A stretch of 63,395 nucleotides of DNA, the filler included, from Octopus bimaculoides (taxonomy: Eukaryota): assembly GCF_001194135.2 (NCBI RefSeq). It is 5 parts of 5 records of this genome, joined end to end, with 100 filler letters (N's around TTAATTAATTAA, not from the genome) between each part and the next. Parts side by side here need not be neighbours in the genome. Positions count along the whole stretch, not along the records: positions 29,342 to 58,559 come from NC_068983.1; 4 more parts are not named here. One strand, written 5' to 3'. Below the pieces are notes generated by a model. The model had not been told where the DNA came from. It searched no databases and saw nothing but the letters and a program-made list of their open reading frames with translations. Position 1 is the stretch's first letter; each line of letters starts with the position of its first letter. Below are positions 34,450-48,465 of the stretch, piece after piece. The position numbers and the translations under genes were made by a program.

Positions 34450-36929
34450 TAAATAGTCATACTAACAACCAATTATTTGTATGGTACGACACTTAGTGGT
34501 GGGTGGTACGTACTTCAAACGAGAAAAAATAAATTTCTAATTAGTAAATGTTATACAACAAATATCTAGCAGTAAAATTCTTCTCTGCGTAAAAGAATAT
34601 TTCTAATGATCACTTTTTAATACGCGAATCTCCATTATTGCTAATATATACAAAGAGCTCCTCATCAAAACGCCTCGGTTCAAAGACTTATTTTAGTGTG
34701 CTTCATCAGTTATATTTTCTCTAAATTTTACTCATGTTGATTGGAATATGACATAACAATACCCAAACAGCAACAATAATTTTGTAATAATAGCAGTTGT
34801 ACCTTCCAAAAGACTATATATATATGCATTAGTTTTCGACTAGCTAATAGGTTTCCATGTAGGTAACCGCAGTAGGAATTCCCTGGAATTCTTTAGCACA
34901 CAATCCAAATTAGTCAGTCGCGGACGTATGCATTTGTCGCTGACTGTAACATGTGCTACGATATGTATAAATAGAAAGGAAGTGAGATGAAGCTGAAAAG
35001 ATAAGTGCTAAACAGTATATTATACCTAGTAATATTATTGGAATAACAATAGTATATCACGCCTGACGTTGTCAGTTTCTTCTGTATATCTTTGTAGAAG
35101 AGTGTGGACAGCGGTTGAATGACAGTTAAGTCGAAACGACATGTCGATGAATGGAGTAACAGTGAATATATATTTAGATATTCCAATGTTTTATCAATAG
35201 TACATATCCGTATGGGAGATATATTCATCGAGTATGCAAAGGTAAGGTCACGATACTTCATGTGTAAGACATAAGGCTGAGCTTATTCAGGTGTTTGTTC
35301 TAAAGGTTATTTATTCCATGATCTCCTTGCAGCAATATTTAGTTCCAGATTAAATAATTTCTCTAACAACATCGATCGCAGCTCAGGCGCTAGGTGAATA
35401 ATCACTATCTTCGCCTCTAGTTCGAATCCTGTACGACTAGGAAGATAATGATCTCAATCAGCTCGAAGTGAAAGCACTGTTGGTAATCCTATCCATTTAT
35501 TTTCGCCGACACGGGAAATTAAATGAGGAAAATGCTAGTTAAGCTGCTATGTAGATTGGAAAATTAAATATTAAGGCAAGAGAAGGGATCAAGAATAAAA
35601 ATATATCAACAACGTTCATGGTGAATCCACCGTGCTCCCAAGAAATTTCGTCCTTCTAAAAGTACTAAATGAATAATTGGTGAATGAGATGAATATCTAA
35701 GAACATTCGAAGAAAGAGACAGAGTAAACTTGTGCAATACTTCTGCAACTGCTACGTCATGCTCTTGCTTCTTAAAGTTGGGTTCATACCAGGCTAGTGG
35801 TCCCAGAGACACCATCATGCGTAGAGCCGACCATTGTCAATTGAATCATCAGCATCTACAGCGACCACATTATACCGCATGATCCACGAACACTCTTAAG
35901 TAATTTCTGGGGAAAAAACAATATAAGATATTTTTTGAGAATCAACAAAAGTCACATAAAAATAAATTAGAACTCGAATAGAAAATGTGCACCATCCAGT
36001 TAGATCTGTCGGTAAAGATGTCTAAATTCATAAACAACAACAAAAGTAGCACCTATGAAATATATCACTCGCCTCATATGCGATATATATTCAAGTGCAA
36101 TGCGTGGGTTTAGTGGGACGACTAAATTTTTTTTGTGTGTATATGTAATTTATTTTTCGTAGGTGATCAGTGGGTGATATAACAGTTTTCTGACGTGTAG
36201 TATATACATCAATTTGGATATAATTTTTTTTCGTTTTTCCGGAGAATATAAAGATTAAATTTGAATGCGACAACAAGTTGTATCAATTACATAATCAGAT
36301 AACCATATATCCATACTTATGTGTGCATGTTTATGTATGTATACTTATTACATGCATATACATATATATTTTATACAGGTACATGTACACACGAATATTA
36401 TATATATATATGTGTGTGTGTGTCTATGTATGTATATATAAATGTACATGCAAATATTATCTGTGACTATGTTTGTTATATGCGTCTTTTTTCTGCAGAT
36501 ATTCGACTGTAAGTGATCAGATGAATATCCTGTAAATCGATCCAAAACCTGAGAGTGATAATCCATGAGTTACATAGTCCACGAGTTACATATAATCTAA
36601 TGCACAGTTGACAATATTTAATATTATATATATTCCTAGACACATGTATACATACAAGTACACATACAGATATATACATACATACAGAAAGGCACATGCA
36701 CACACACACATTTATGTATATATAAATACATATTTTTTTTACAACTAGCATAATATTAGAAGTCCTTATATAATGTGTTTTGATTTCTCATTTGTGCAAA
36801 ATCAGTTACAAACCGCCTATCGTTGCCCGTACAAATATACACTCAGACATGCATGCCAACACAGGAAGTATGACTTAGAAAGATGTAGAAGTATTCAGCT
36901 TTGCATTATATGATGTTTTAATTACTGAC

Positions 36930-37039
36930 CTGTTATAGAGTACAATATCCGGTAACCATATTTTCTCACATGGTATGCGAACTTTTTCCAGACCATTATA
37001 ATCCTCTGGTTTCCATCTTAAACGCTCATCGTTCCATTC
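36930..37039 (-). CDS. Nicotinic acetylcholine receptor subunit, single internal exon of the extracellular domain
   Basis: [36 protein letters not shown](S/R) carries the WxPDIVLYN loop-A signature; ttttcag acceptor, gtcagt donor; 110 nt, phase 0-2, which is the canonical size and phase of this exon in nAChR genes. Confidence 0.92.
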
Positions 37040-37304
37040 CTGAAAATAGTAATTGCACAATGAGTTTATAAATCCGTCTCACATTGAAATGAGTAAATCA
37101 TATTCGAAATATTTAAAAATAAATGGTATTTTGACATTTTTCATAATTGTTAAATTCACCTAAAATGAATTTCCATCGTGCACTATCTTGTACGTTTTTG
37201 CTTAGATATCCGCATTGTGATTTATTTCATTGTCACAGTACACCTAAATTTTTGTGTCAACTCTTACTGACTGAGAATTTCTACACACGTTTTACCAATG
37301 CTCT

Positions 37305-37499
37305 TTTACTCTTTTACTTGTTTCAGTCATTTGACTGCGGCCATGCTAAAGCACCGCCTTTAGTCAAAAAATCGACCCCAGGACTTGTTCTTTGTAAGCC
37401 TAGTACTTATTCTATCGGTCCCTTTTGCCGTAATGCTAAGATACGGGGACGTAGACACACCAGCATCGGTTGTCAAGTGACGTTGCGGAGCAAACACAG

Positions 37500-37553
<54 letters not shown>

Positions 37554-37850
37554 NNNNNNNNNNNNNNNNNNNNNNNNNNNNNNNNNNNNNNNNNNNNNNN
37601 NNNNNNNNNNNNNNNNNNNNNNNNNNNNNNNNNNNNNNNNNNNNNNNNNNNNNNNNNNNNNNNNNNNNNNNNNNNNNNNNNNNNNNNNNNNNNNNNNNNN
37701 NNNNNNNNNNNNNNNNNNNNNNNNNNNNNNNNNNNNNNNNNNNNNNNNNNNNNNNNNNNNNNNNNNNNNNNNNNNNNNNNNNNNNNNNNNNNNNNNNNNN
37801 NGGAACCATGTGGTTGGTAAGCAGCTACTTACCACCCAGACACTCCTGCG
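37305..37850 (-). mobile_element. SINE family D spanning (CA)n and an N gap
   Basis: The 3' module at 37305-37500 and the head at 37802-37850 flank the gap. Confidence 0.75.
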
Positions 37851-37985
37851 ACAAGAAAACCTTAATAAAATATCAATATCTCTATGTATATATTCATTAT
37901 GAGATGCATGGTGTCATAGACGTACTTGCCAGTGATTATTTCATTTATATAATTAATTTCTTTCGAAGAAAGATATTACTATTGA

Positions 37986-38201
37986 TTTCAAATTTTCGTA
38001 CAGAGTCTTCAATTTCGGTGGGGTGTAGATAAGTCGATTTATTCCAGTCCTCAATTGGTATTTACTTTTTCGACCCCGAAATATGAGGAAATGATAAATG
38101 GCTAAGTCGACTTCAGCCGAATTTCAACCCAGAACATAAAGAACAAAATGCCACTAAGCATTTTTCCCGACATGCAATTGGTTCTGTCATATCGCCTCCT
38201 T
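37986..38201 (-). mobile_element. SINE family A (diverged)
   Basis: Reverse-complement match to 62315-62516. Confidence 0.7.
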
Positions 38202-38597
38202 AAGAACGATATTAATATTGAAAATCACCGTTTCGTTTCATTGAAATCATCGATTTTAAATACAAGTAACTAATAAATAGGTTCCATTTTATCTCTCGTG
38301 AAAATTATACGTTACATATTAGAGAGGAATACCTAAATAGATTTAGATATTACCAGATTTATTTCGGTCATGAAATAAAATTCAGGTAAATTCATTCCCA
38401 ATCATGGGCTCTAAATAGAAAAATAAGGAATGCCAGGTCGATATGAAGTCGTTGCAATTTTACTAATTAAAGAAAAAGCGTTGGATGAAATTAATTACTT
38501 GCAACCATAAATTGTATTCAGAACGAATATTGCTTTGGGAATCATAGTTCCAGGTATGTTAAGAACGTGTATATAATGTAAGACACAGTATAAAACA

Positions 38598-38644
<47 letters not shown>

Positions 38645-39726
38645 GTAACAACAAATATTATTTCAATAAGACCTCACTTTTACACTTCGCGAAATTTAAA
38701 GTAATTAGCATAAAAATATGTAAATAAAGCCAAAAATATGTAAATAAAGCAAATTACCCTCAATCTCAGGGATTGAGATTGCGATATAATTATGTTTGGT
38801 TGAACACGAATAAAATGTTTAGGCATCCCAGATTACCCTATGTGATATATTGTTTGATCTAGGGAAATGATGTGAAACTATACAGTATATATAATACTAC
38901 AGACTACAGAACTTATGCAACTCTTTGAACTATATTTTACTCAGATAGCTATGTAATAATATAATTTCATACATGTAGAGAGCTGAATCCCGAATAATGG
39001 AATCGTTACCAAACAGTATACATAGTAAGTGGGAAAATATTTCCTTAAAGATTTTATACGAAACTTTTCTGCAAACAAATGTATTTTGAATTGTAGTAAT
39101 ATATTTTTTTTTTCAGGAATGCAATGATTTTATTAATGTGACTTTTTAAATCATTAAATTTTAATTTTGTATGTTAGTCAATTTTTTCATTCAAAATAGC
39201 AAATATTTTATTTAAATAAAATTGCAAGAATGTTTTTTAGTAATTTATGATATTTTTTTCAGGTACTTCATGTAAAATATTTAAAATGTAATTCGAATTG
39301 AGAAGAAAATAAAGCAATATAGTCATGCATAGAATGAAATGTAACATAAAACACTTTTTCAATTCGATTTTCTTGATCTTCGAAATTAATAATTTTATCA
39401 ATCGTATAATAGCACATCAACTTAAAATTAAGATCTGCATCTTTTACTGAAAACTCCTATGGACGATAACATTCATGGAATACATTTACTGAATAAAAAA
39501 AACATATCTCTCTCATAATTCAAACTGTAATTATACTATAACATTTCGATAGGATTATTTTGTAAATGAAGAATGAAGGCAGAAAATATTTTGATAAATT
39601 TTATAAATATTATAAATATTCAATATCTGATCTGCATGTCAGTTTTGCGTTATTAAGAAGATATTACATAGATAATGTCTGCAAAGTTGTTGTGTTGCAA
39701 TATTGTTATAATTATTTCTACAACAT

Positions 39727-39914
39727 GCAATTTCGGGGAGATGATAGCGGTGTAACTTCTTTACAGCAACCCCAGTATTTGACTGGTACTTATCTTACCA
39801 AACTCAAAAGGTAAAGGCGACTCCTGTATGATTTGCACTCAGAACATAAATCCCGGAGGAAATACCGTTACCATTGTGTTCAATGTGGTAACAATTGTGC
39901 CAGTTCTCCGCCCT
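39727..39914 (-). mobile_element. SINE family A (diverged)
   Basis: ccccagtatttgactggtacttat...ctcagaac...gccagttctccgcc. Confidence 0.65.
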
Positions 39915-40169
39915 CGCAATATTTCCAGTTTATTTTATATCGGAAAAAAATGATTTAATGATTCAGCATATTTGTTGCAAAACAATATTTGATACATTTA
40001 TGGAGTTAAATCAGCTAGTAATAATTGAATCATGAAATATAGTATTACAAATGTTCATTGTAATATCTCCGAAACTAAGCATTACCAATGCTCGTAGTTC
40101 GTTCAAAAATATAGTGAAAACACACACATATATGTGTGTACGTGCGTGTGTGCGGTCGCATGTACATAC

Positions 40170-40256
40170 ATATAATAAAATAAATATACAAATATATGTA
40201 TATATATTTGTATACATACATATATATATATACATACATACATACATACATTCATG

Positions 40257-40340
<84 letters not shown>

Positions 40341-40345
40341 TATAC
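40170..40345. repeat. (TA)n/(TACA)n compound microsatellite
   Basis: Directly visible. Confidence 0.95.
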
Positions 40346-41599
40346 GGCCAATAAGAAAGTGGAGAGGATACAAAATGGACAGACATCAGCCGGTAAACGT
40401 TCGAGTACGTAACGTATATTTATTCGAATGTATTAGAATGTATTAATGAATACATATACATTTATTAGCAGTACATAATATCAAATATAAAGAGTTGGTA
40501 ATTGCAAGAACAATGGTGTGGAAGAAGATAATCATATAGAAACAGGTAATTAAAATACTACATGAGCAAACGAGCAAAGTGTCAATATGTGCTAGTTATA
40601 TGCATAGGAAGTGAAGGATCGATGCAAGATGCGTCGAAAAAATTGTCGTGATTAATAATAATTCTCGTAAGTTCCATGTTCCGCTTTTCATTTTACATTT
40701 ATTTACGTATGTGTAAGTGAATGCGTGTGTGTGTAAATGTGTGTGGATGTGCATATATATATATATATATATATATGTGCGTGTGTTTGTGCGTTTGTGT
40801 ACGTATGAGCATATATGTACACACACACACACGCGCGTGCATATAATGTACACAAAATTTTGATCTGGAAAGCATTTTGCAATTTTAAAGTTGAAATTTT
40901 GTCAATAAATAACTAATTAAAATTTTGAAGTTTTATAAAATCGTAACATATTTTATGCTTCGTACAAGAGTCTTAAGTTCATTATTATGGTTTTATTATT
41001 AACATGAAGCGCTATTTTAATTGCATTAATGAGGGGATAATGCCTCAGTTATCACCCACTACGAATTTTGTGAAAATTATACTCAGTTAAATTGGTTACA
41101 TTTTATCAGCTGTGTCATACCGGAAATTTTATACGATGCACTGGATCATTCGATATTTTTTTTCCTAAAATGTCCATGGTATGCCATAATGTATTTTGTG
41201 ATAAAGTTTATTAATTACTAATGAAAACAGTGCATAATAATTTACAAGTATTGATTAAGAAATGTGTGATGTGTGTGTGTATATGCGTGCGTGTGTTGAA
41301 TAGGTTAGGGTTGGGAGTTAGTTGTAGTTTTAGTTAATTTTTCTTTGTAAGTGATTGTGGTGATGTGAAGTCGTGTGCAGTTGGGCTGGGTTATAAATCT
41401 ATCATTTTACACGTTTTGCCTTTCCATTTTTTCAGTCTCTTCATCTGTTTTCTCTTCTCATTTCTTTCTTTAGAAGAGTTTAGGTGGTGGCTCGAAACGA
41501 AAAAGATTTCTTCCATATTTCCTGAGCGCACAACTGATGCACATTTTGTTGTTCCCTCGCCTGCATCTGTCTTGTTTTTTTCTTGCTTAATTTTTAACT

Positions 41600-41711
41600 G
41601 CCTGCCTACCTACCTACCTACCTACCTACCTACCTACCTACCTACCTACCTACATAATTACATACCAGCATATGTATGTATCATCTATCTATCTATCGAT
41701 CGATCGATCTA

Positions 41712-41745
<34 letters not shown>

Positions 41746-41932
41746 CACCCGTCTGTCTGTCTGTTTGTCTGTCTATGTAACTATCTATGTATATGTATTA
41801 CTCTCCCTGTATATATATATATATATGTGTGTGTGTGTGCGTGGCCGTGCGTGTATGTATATATATATATATATATATANNNNNNNNNNATATATATATA
41901 TATATGTGTGTGTGTGTGCGTGGCCGTGCGTG

Positions 41933-41968
<36 letters not shown>

Positions 41969-42001
41969 TGTGTGTATGTATACATGTATGTGTGTGTGTG
42001 C

Positions 42002-42051
<50 letters not shown>

Positions 42052-42065
42052 TTGTGTGTGTGTAC
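41600..42065. repeat. Compound (CCTA)n-(TCTG)n-(TA)n-(TG)n microsatellite block
   Basis: Directly visible; explains the 287-aa ORF. Confidence 0.9.
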
Positions 42066-43866
42066 TGTACTGTTCCGTAATGGTAAGATCAACAAAAAAG
42101 TATTCCATCTGGTGAGAGATAAATATCATTTACTGAAGACAATATATGTTTTTATGTACCAGTATTTGCTTTATGTCCTGAGAACATTGGAAATAGTGTG
42201 TAATAATACGCCTGGTATCGCAGCATAATCATCAGACACTATCCACATTGGTGTGTAGATATAAATGTGTGTATATATAATTGTATCTTCATGTATATAT
42301 ATATCCATATATTGATAGACAGATAGAAAGAAGAAATACATCTATAAATAGTTACACACGTGTAGTACGCATACAACAGTTTTGATATTTTCCCCACTTT
42401 TATACTAGATACGTATTATTTGATAACTCGCTACCGAGACTGCAACTTGTATAAAAACTATGGTAAAAACAACAGACATACTTTGAATGCGGGGATACGA
42501 CGTGTTACATTTAGCAATCTAAATCCTCTTAAATCGCAAAGGATTAGTATTTACTGATATTTAACGCGAGATGAAGACGGACTCTAACGTTTGGAACACA
42601 TTTGATCTGATATCTCCGCAAATTTTGCTTTTCTACGAAGACACAGTAACAGAAGAAACACAATAAACGATAGATAATGAAGAAAACACAGAAGCAAATG
42701 TGAATGCTCCAAATAGGGTTGACGAGAAGATATTTACAATAATAACTACATAGCAATGAATAGGTTAAATATTTACTCAAAACGTAATTTATTTTCTTTG
42801 CAATTCAACATCAATCTTATTTACGTACTTTATTCATATAAGGATATTCGGAAAATTTCATACGTCTCTACTGACAACATTCTCATTTTAACATTTTTAT
42901 ATTTTACTTTTCGTTACATCGAAAATTCATTTCTATTTGTATTGCTTGTTTTATATGTTTTTGTTTTTGTTTTTATTGACGTGAATGTTTTCAAGAAAGG
43001 GACGGAAGGTCAAATTGTATTTTCTGTTTTCGGACGTTTTATTTTGACTAATATATTTGCCATACACATTCACTTTTACATTCATAGGTATATTATGTTT
43101 GCACGTAAAAGTTACCCATAATACTCTATTGACATTCGTACACTTCCAAACAGAAATGCAGTGAGAAGAAGTCTGAAAATCGATTAACGTCGCTTTGGTT
43201 TCTTTTTTTTACGAAAGATGGTGTTTGCTGTAAAATGTGTAAATGCGATAATAATTGGATCAAAGCAACGAGGCGACAATTGTCGACTAATTTTCTATAC
43301 ATATGTTAATGATCTAATAATCCAAGAATCTTTTTTTAACGCATGCATATATGTAGACTATGGATATACGGAACACTACAGTGATATTTGTATAATTTAC
43401 ATTTGTTAGACAATACCACATATGTAATACAAATTACGTATTTTATATATGTTTGAATAAAGCTTGGCGCATGCAACGTGTACTTGTTCCTTTGCTTGTG
43501 TATGTGTCTCTGTGTATTTGTGTGCATATATGCGCATGTGTTGCTTTATTTTACATCATGTTGTATAAAAGACACTACAACTATCTGGTTGCCAATCTTT
43601 TTACCCTGATGAAGGCCGCTTCACGGTAATGCATCTACCCCAGGCTGCATATCTTTGACATTTTGCTCACTCCATCTGCCAACATTAGTATTATTACGTA
43701 ATTCCGAGACCCAGAAACAGCTGTCGGACCTCAATTACCACGCCCTTTCCTCTTAGCTGTCTTTATTTTCGTACTCCGCGTAAATCTGTTACGTAAATAT
43801 ATAAATACCTATATGCTTATACACGAGTGTTTCTTCAGTGAAAGTTTTCAGGGTTTGTTTCAGTCC

Positions 43867-43897
<31 letters not shown>

Positions 43898-45775
43898 TAT
43901 ATATGCATATATGCATATTTTATATATCAAGTTCAAACGTGTTTATTTGCAGCACTATCTCCATATCAGCTAATCTGGATTCTTATCAGAGCCACTCTTT
44001 ACCCCACGGACTTAGTCTACAATAAAGATCTTGAAGTGTCAGTTTAACTCACTTGAGCACAGCTACGTGTTTTATATATTGAGCATCTCTGGATCTCACC
44101 TGCAAACATTATGCATATATGCATGTGTGCATGCGCGCGCGTGTGTATGTGTGCGTGCGTGTGTGTATGTGTGCGTGAGTGTATGTCTGTATGTATATAT
44201 GTGTGTATGCATGCATATATCTATCTACTCGCACACACTCTCATGCATACGCACATACACGTACAAACGTAGTTATACAGGAATAAATATAGACAGACAC
44301 TAATGTGTAAAAGACTGGTTATGTTATTTTCTCGATTCTCGTGCCTGTAAAATTAAACTGCGTTAGTGCGTTGCAATATTTCCCCTTAAATGCTGCCTGA
44401 TATTTTATGAGCACATACGTCCAACATATTAGAAACATCATAAATCCGCTAACAATAAAACAGGTCTAGTAATAGGCTATGGTCTCTTCATCTTTAACAC
44501 TCATAATCCCGAGCCAACGACCCCATGCTTGTGCTGTCAGTAAAAATTAATTTCAAGAAATCCATCGATTCTATATTTTAGTTCGTGATACAAAATTCCA
44601 GACGGACATTAGTTTCGTTGATAGAAAGAGGAAAAACACTAGTAAGAAAACAAAAATAAATAGCCATAATGCTTGCAAGAACTGATAATTTTGATAACAT
44701 CGATAAACAAAATTATGAGATTTTTTTTCAATATAGAACTCATGTACTTTTGGTAAGCATTTGTTTAGGTTGGTGTGAATGTTATTACATACAAACTTCG
44801 GGGTACATTAGGTATTTATATTAATATATTTGTATTCAAGTAATAAATGACCAGTGCTCTCTTCTAACGGGTTGTTTTTCTTCGTTTATCTGTATGATGC
44901 TGTCGTTTGTGTTTTGTTTTTCCAATATTCACTCTACTATTTTTAAAATCACGAAATCTTGCTGATGTTGAAAGTTTTGCTCCAACGAGTTTTCAGTTAA
45001 CTACTGAAGCATATTCACATTCAATAAAATGAGAAAATAATTGGAGTATGACAATCATTTCATTAAAAATAACATTTGATTGACGCAATGATGAAAAAAC
45101 ATCTCAAGTAATAGAAAACAAATATGGTTAGAAAGGAAAGATTCAAATTCATGAGACTTGTTTGTCACGTGATTTTTTCTAGTTTGATGATGAAAAAGAA
45201 GAAAGAATATCTATTATATTGTACGTTTTATATCATGCTATCAAAACAGAAATTGCACACTCAAACACTATTTTTTGAAGAAATGAAAAGTAATTTCAAA
45301 GTATATTATAAAAGAGTAAGAATTTAAACAGAAAAACCGATTTCTATTATCGAACGTTCATTTCTCTTGGGCAGGTTTTTTGAAAAAGAATTTCCTTTCA
45401 CTTTCTATCATTATGTTCGTTTCCAGATTCTTGGGTCTTAAAAGCCAAACATAGCTTGTTAGTTTTATGTTTCGAATACTGAAATTGTGTTCCTCCTCAC
45501 ATGACAAAGAGTGAAGACGAAAGACAGGGAGAGAGAGACAGAGAAAGGAAAAGGAAAAGATGGATAATGAGACGCGGAGAGACAGAGGACAGAGGGGTAG
45601 AGAGAGAAGTAAAGAAAGTGAAACGATAGTTTGAAATATCCTCGGAGGCAAAGATTTCAAATGTTAATAAAAGATTTGTATTTATATACTTGTGTGTGTG
45701 TGTGTGTATGTGTGTGTGTGTGTGTGTATTTGCGTGAGTGTTTGTCTATATACACATAAATTCTTTAAGCACATG

Positions 45776-45852
<77 letters not shown>

Positions 45853-46829
45853 GCTTATTCGTGCATATAGGTACAAATGAACACTGACGCACACGAAGGT
45901 GCGCGTGAGCACACACACACACACATACACACACACACACACACACGCGCGCGCACACACATATATAACTAAGCAGCTATCAGTGTCTCATTCTTTCGTT
46001 TCGATTTTTATTATTTTATTTAACTGGACGATTTCACTACTCTTTTTCTTGTCACTGTATGTGTTACTTTACACGTACATAATAAGACACATGCTTAAAT
46101 AAACAGATCCGTGGAAGACCACGTATAAACTGTTAGGTATATATAAGGATATGTATATTTGGGTATATGGATATCAATGCTTTCCAAAGTAACATCTTGA
46201 GCACTAATTCTGAAAAGGAAGTAACAAATAAAGCGAATTAAGCATATATATGTGTGTGTGTGTGTGTGTATACATTATTCCTTTTATTCGCATATTCGTT
46301 ATATATATATATATATATANNNNNNNNNNATAGAAAAGTGCCTTAATACGAATAAATATTAACATTTTCTGCGCTCCCGTGCTTCTCACATAAGGGAAGG
46401 TAACTTCAAAAGTTAATCCCAGGGGATTGCATAATATAATGTATTTATATACCGCTCGGAATATTTCATTGGAAATGTTTTATAAATTCCATCGGTGATT
46501 ATACTAAATACTACAGAAATCAACAAGTAAGATCAGAAACGAAGAAAAGTAATGGAATATTAAGTTGGCAAAACGTTATTTTATACATTTACGTAATTCT
46601 GCATACCATTGTGACAGAAAGAAAGGCTCTTTCAAGCAAATTCCTTCAGGGAAAATTGTTTTAAATTGCTTAGAAAGCAATTCAACAAACACGTTTCAAC
46701 TCCGTAAACAAGAACTAGTGTGTTTAAAAGCCCGGTCTGCAACCACTGCGCTCTAGAAGAGCTTATGAGTGAATTTAATCCACGAAAACTGTGTAGTAGA
46801 ACTCCTTGCATGCAAACACACCTGTACAG

Positions 46830-46868
<39 letters not shown>

Positions 46869-47630
46869 ATATATNNNNNNNNNNNNNNNNNNNNNNNNNN
46901 NNNNNNNNNNNNNNNNNNNNNNNATGCATACGTACATATATGACAGGAACAATGACAGCATCTAGTAAAGTAATGTAATAAGAAAAATATCAACGCAATA
47001 CACTTTCTACAAAGGCATTACAGCCGTCTGAACGCAGCATATGAATATAACCAAACATACTAGAAAGAAATCGGGTAAAGTGGTGTGCCTCGTAGAATGA
47101 ATCAATTGATTTATGATTCGACATAAATATGTACAATGTTGAACACTAGTCCAAGTTTATATTAGCTTTATTAAATCTATCGAAATAGAATTATTTATAA
47201 AACAATTATCTTATGATGGTTTTTTTCTTTGTTTTTCTTTCTTTATTTGTTTCATTATTTTACAAGCATTGTCATGAAATATAGCTTGTAAATGGTTCTG
47301 AAAATGTTGATCTAAACATGGAATATGTGAAAATACATATTCCATATTTTACGTTGATGCGTTCCAGATTTCTTTATATGCCAATTCCTTGGAGAAAATA
47401 ATAATTGAAATAAAAAATATAGACAAGCGATGAAATGGTAAATGAATACAATTTACCCGCGGAAACCGCTCGTTTTTAAGAATTCGACAAATGTAATTAA
47501 ATAAATACAGCTAAACGAATGAATGAAACTTGTTAGATTGTTATAAATTATCACTATCAACAGTAACGATAATTATTTCAAACGTTGGCACGAGGCTAAA
47601 AGTAATAATAATAACAATAATAATAGTAGT

Positions 47631-47810
47631 TTTAAATTTTGGCAGAAGGCCAGCAAGATCGGGGGAGGTACAAATATATTACATCGACACCATTGTTCAA
47701 ATGGGACTCATTTTACTGACCACGAAATGATGAAAAGCAAAGTCGGCCTCGGCGGAATTTGAACTCAGAACGTAAAAGCAGACGAAATTCTGCTAAGAAT
47801 TTTGCCCGAA
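47631..47810 (-). mobile_element. SINE family A
   Basis: aagtcggcctcggcggaatttgaactcagaacgtaaa core. Confidence 0.75.
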
Positions 47811-47888
47811 GAGAAATATCGAAAATAAACTTCTGAATGCTGAATAAATAATTAAGAAGACACAAATAGATATATACTGAACGAAAGA

Positions 47889-47962
<74 letters not shown>

Positions 47963-48465
47963 GGAAGAGAGATTTGGCGAGAGAGAGAGATAGAAATAAA
48001 ATACAGATTACCCATTGGAATTTTGTAGAAATATTAACGTGAGAGAAAGATAATCTATGGGATAATGTACAAAGAAATATACTTATGCTAATTCATAAGC
48101 TAAAATCATTTAAACAGCATTACATTGGATTACAATTGCAATATGAAACAGAATATATAAACAGAAGCAATGTATAATTTGTCCAACAAACCTGAAGAAA
48201 CAAAGAAGGTATGGAATAAATGTTTTCATAGAATACGATTACAATATAAAATTAAATATGTTTAAGAAATTGCCTATCATTCGATTAAAACAATATAAGA
48301 AGCATAAGCAAATAGAGAAATGTTTATTAGAAACAATACATATGTGTGTGAGTGTATTTGTGTGTGTGTGTGTGATGCGTGTGTGTGTGTGCTAATGCGC
48401 ACGTATATATACATACGCACGTGCAAACACATATATACGTACGAGCTTACGTGCACTTTTATATA

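Noticed and set aside
35040-35255. Plus-strand tttgtag...aaag|gtaagg exon-like segment and minus-strand SSTCRFDL
   Set aside because: Stops in all three plus frames; the minus-strand peptide lacks the Cys-loop FPFD and splice sites.
35600-35900. Minus-strand ADDSIDNG as the following nAChR exon
   Set aside because: Wrong phase after the AG and a stop within 13 codons; possibly a very old transposon remnant, but not assignable.
36930-37039. Octopus chemotactile receptor
   Set aside because: The peptide is a well-conserved canonical nAChR sequence, and nothing here shows the divergence or tandem clustering expected of those receptors.
41826-41960. Duplicated gtgtgcgtggccgtgcgtg block either side of a 10-N gap
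   Set aside because: Typical unmerged contig overlap, so an assembly artefact.
45432-45480. SIRNIKLTSYVWLLR resembling the 45-bp nAChR exon (DERNQxLTTNVWLxQ)
   Set aside because: 7 of 15 positions match, but the AG is out of phase and there is no GT donor; treated as chance, though a decayed exon copy cannot be excluded.
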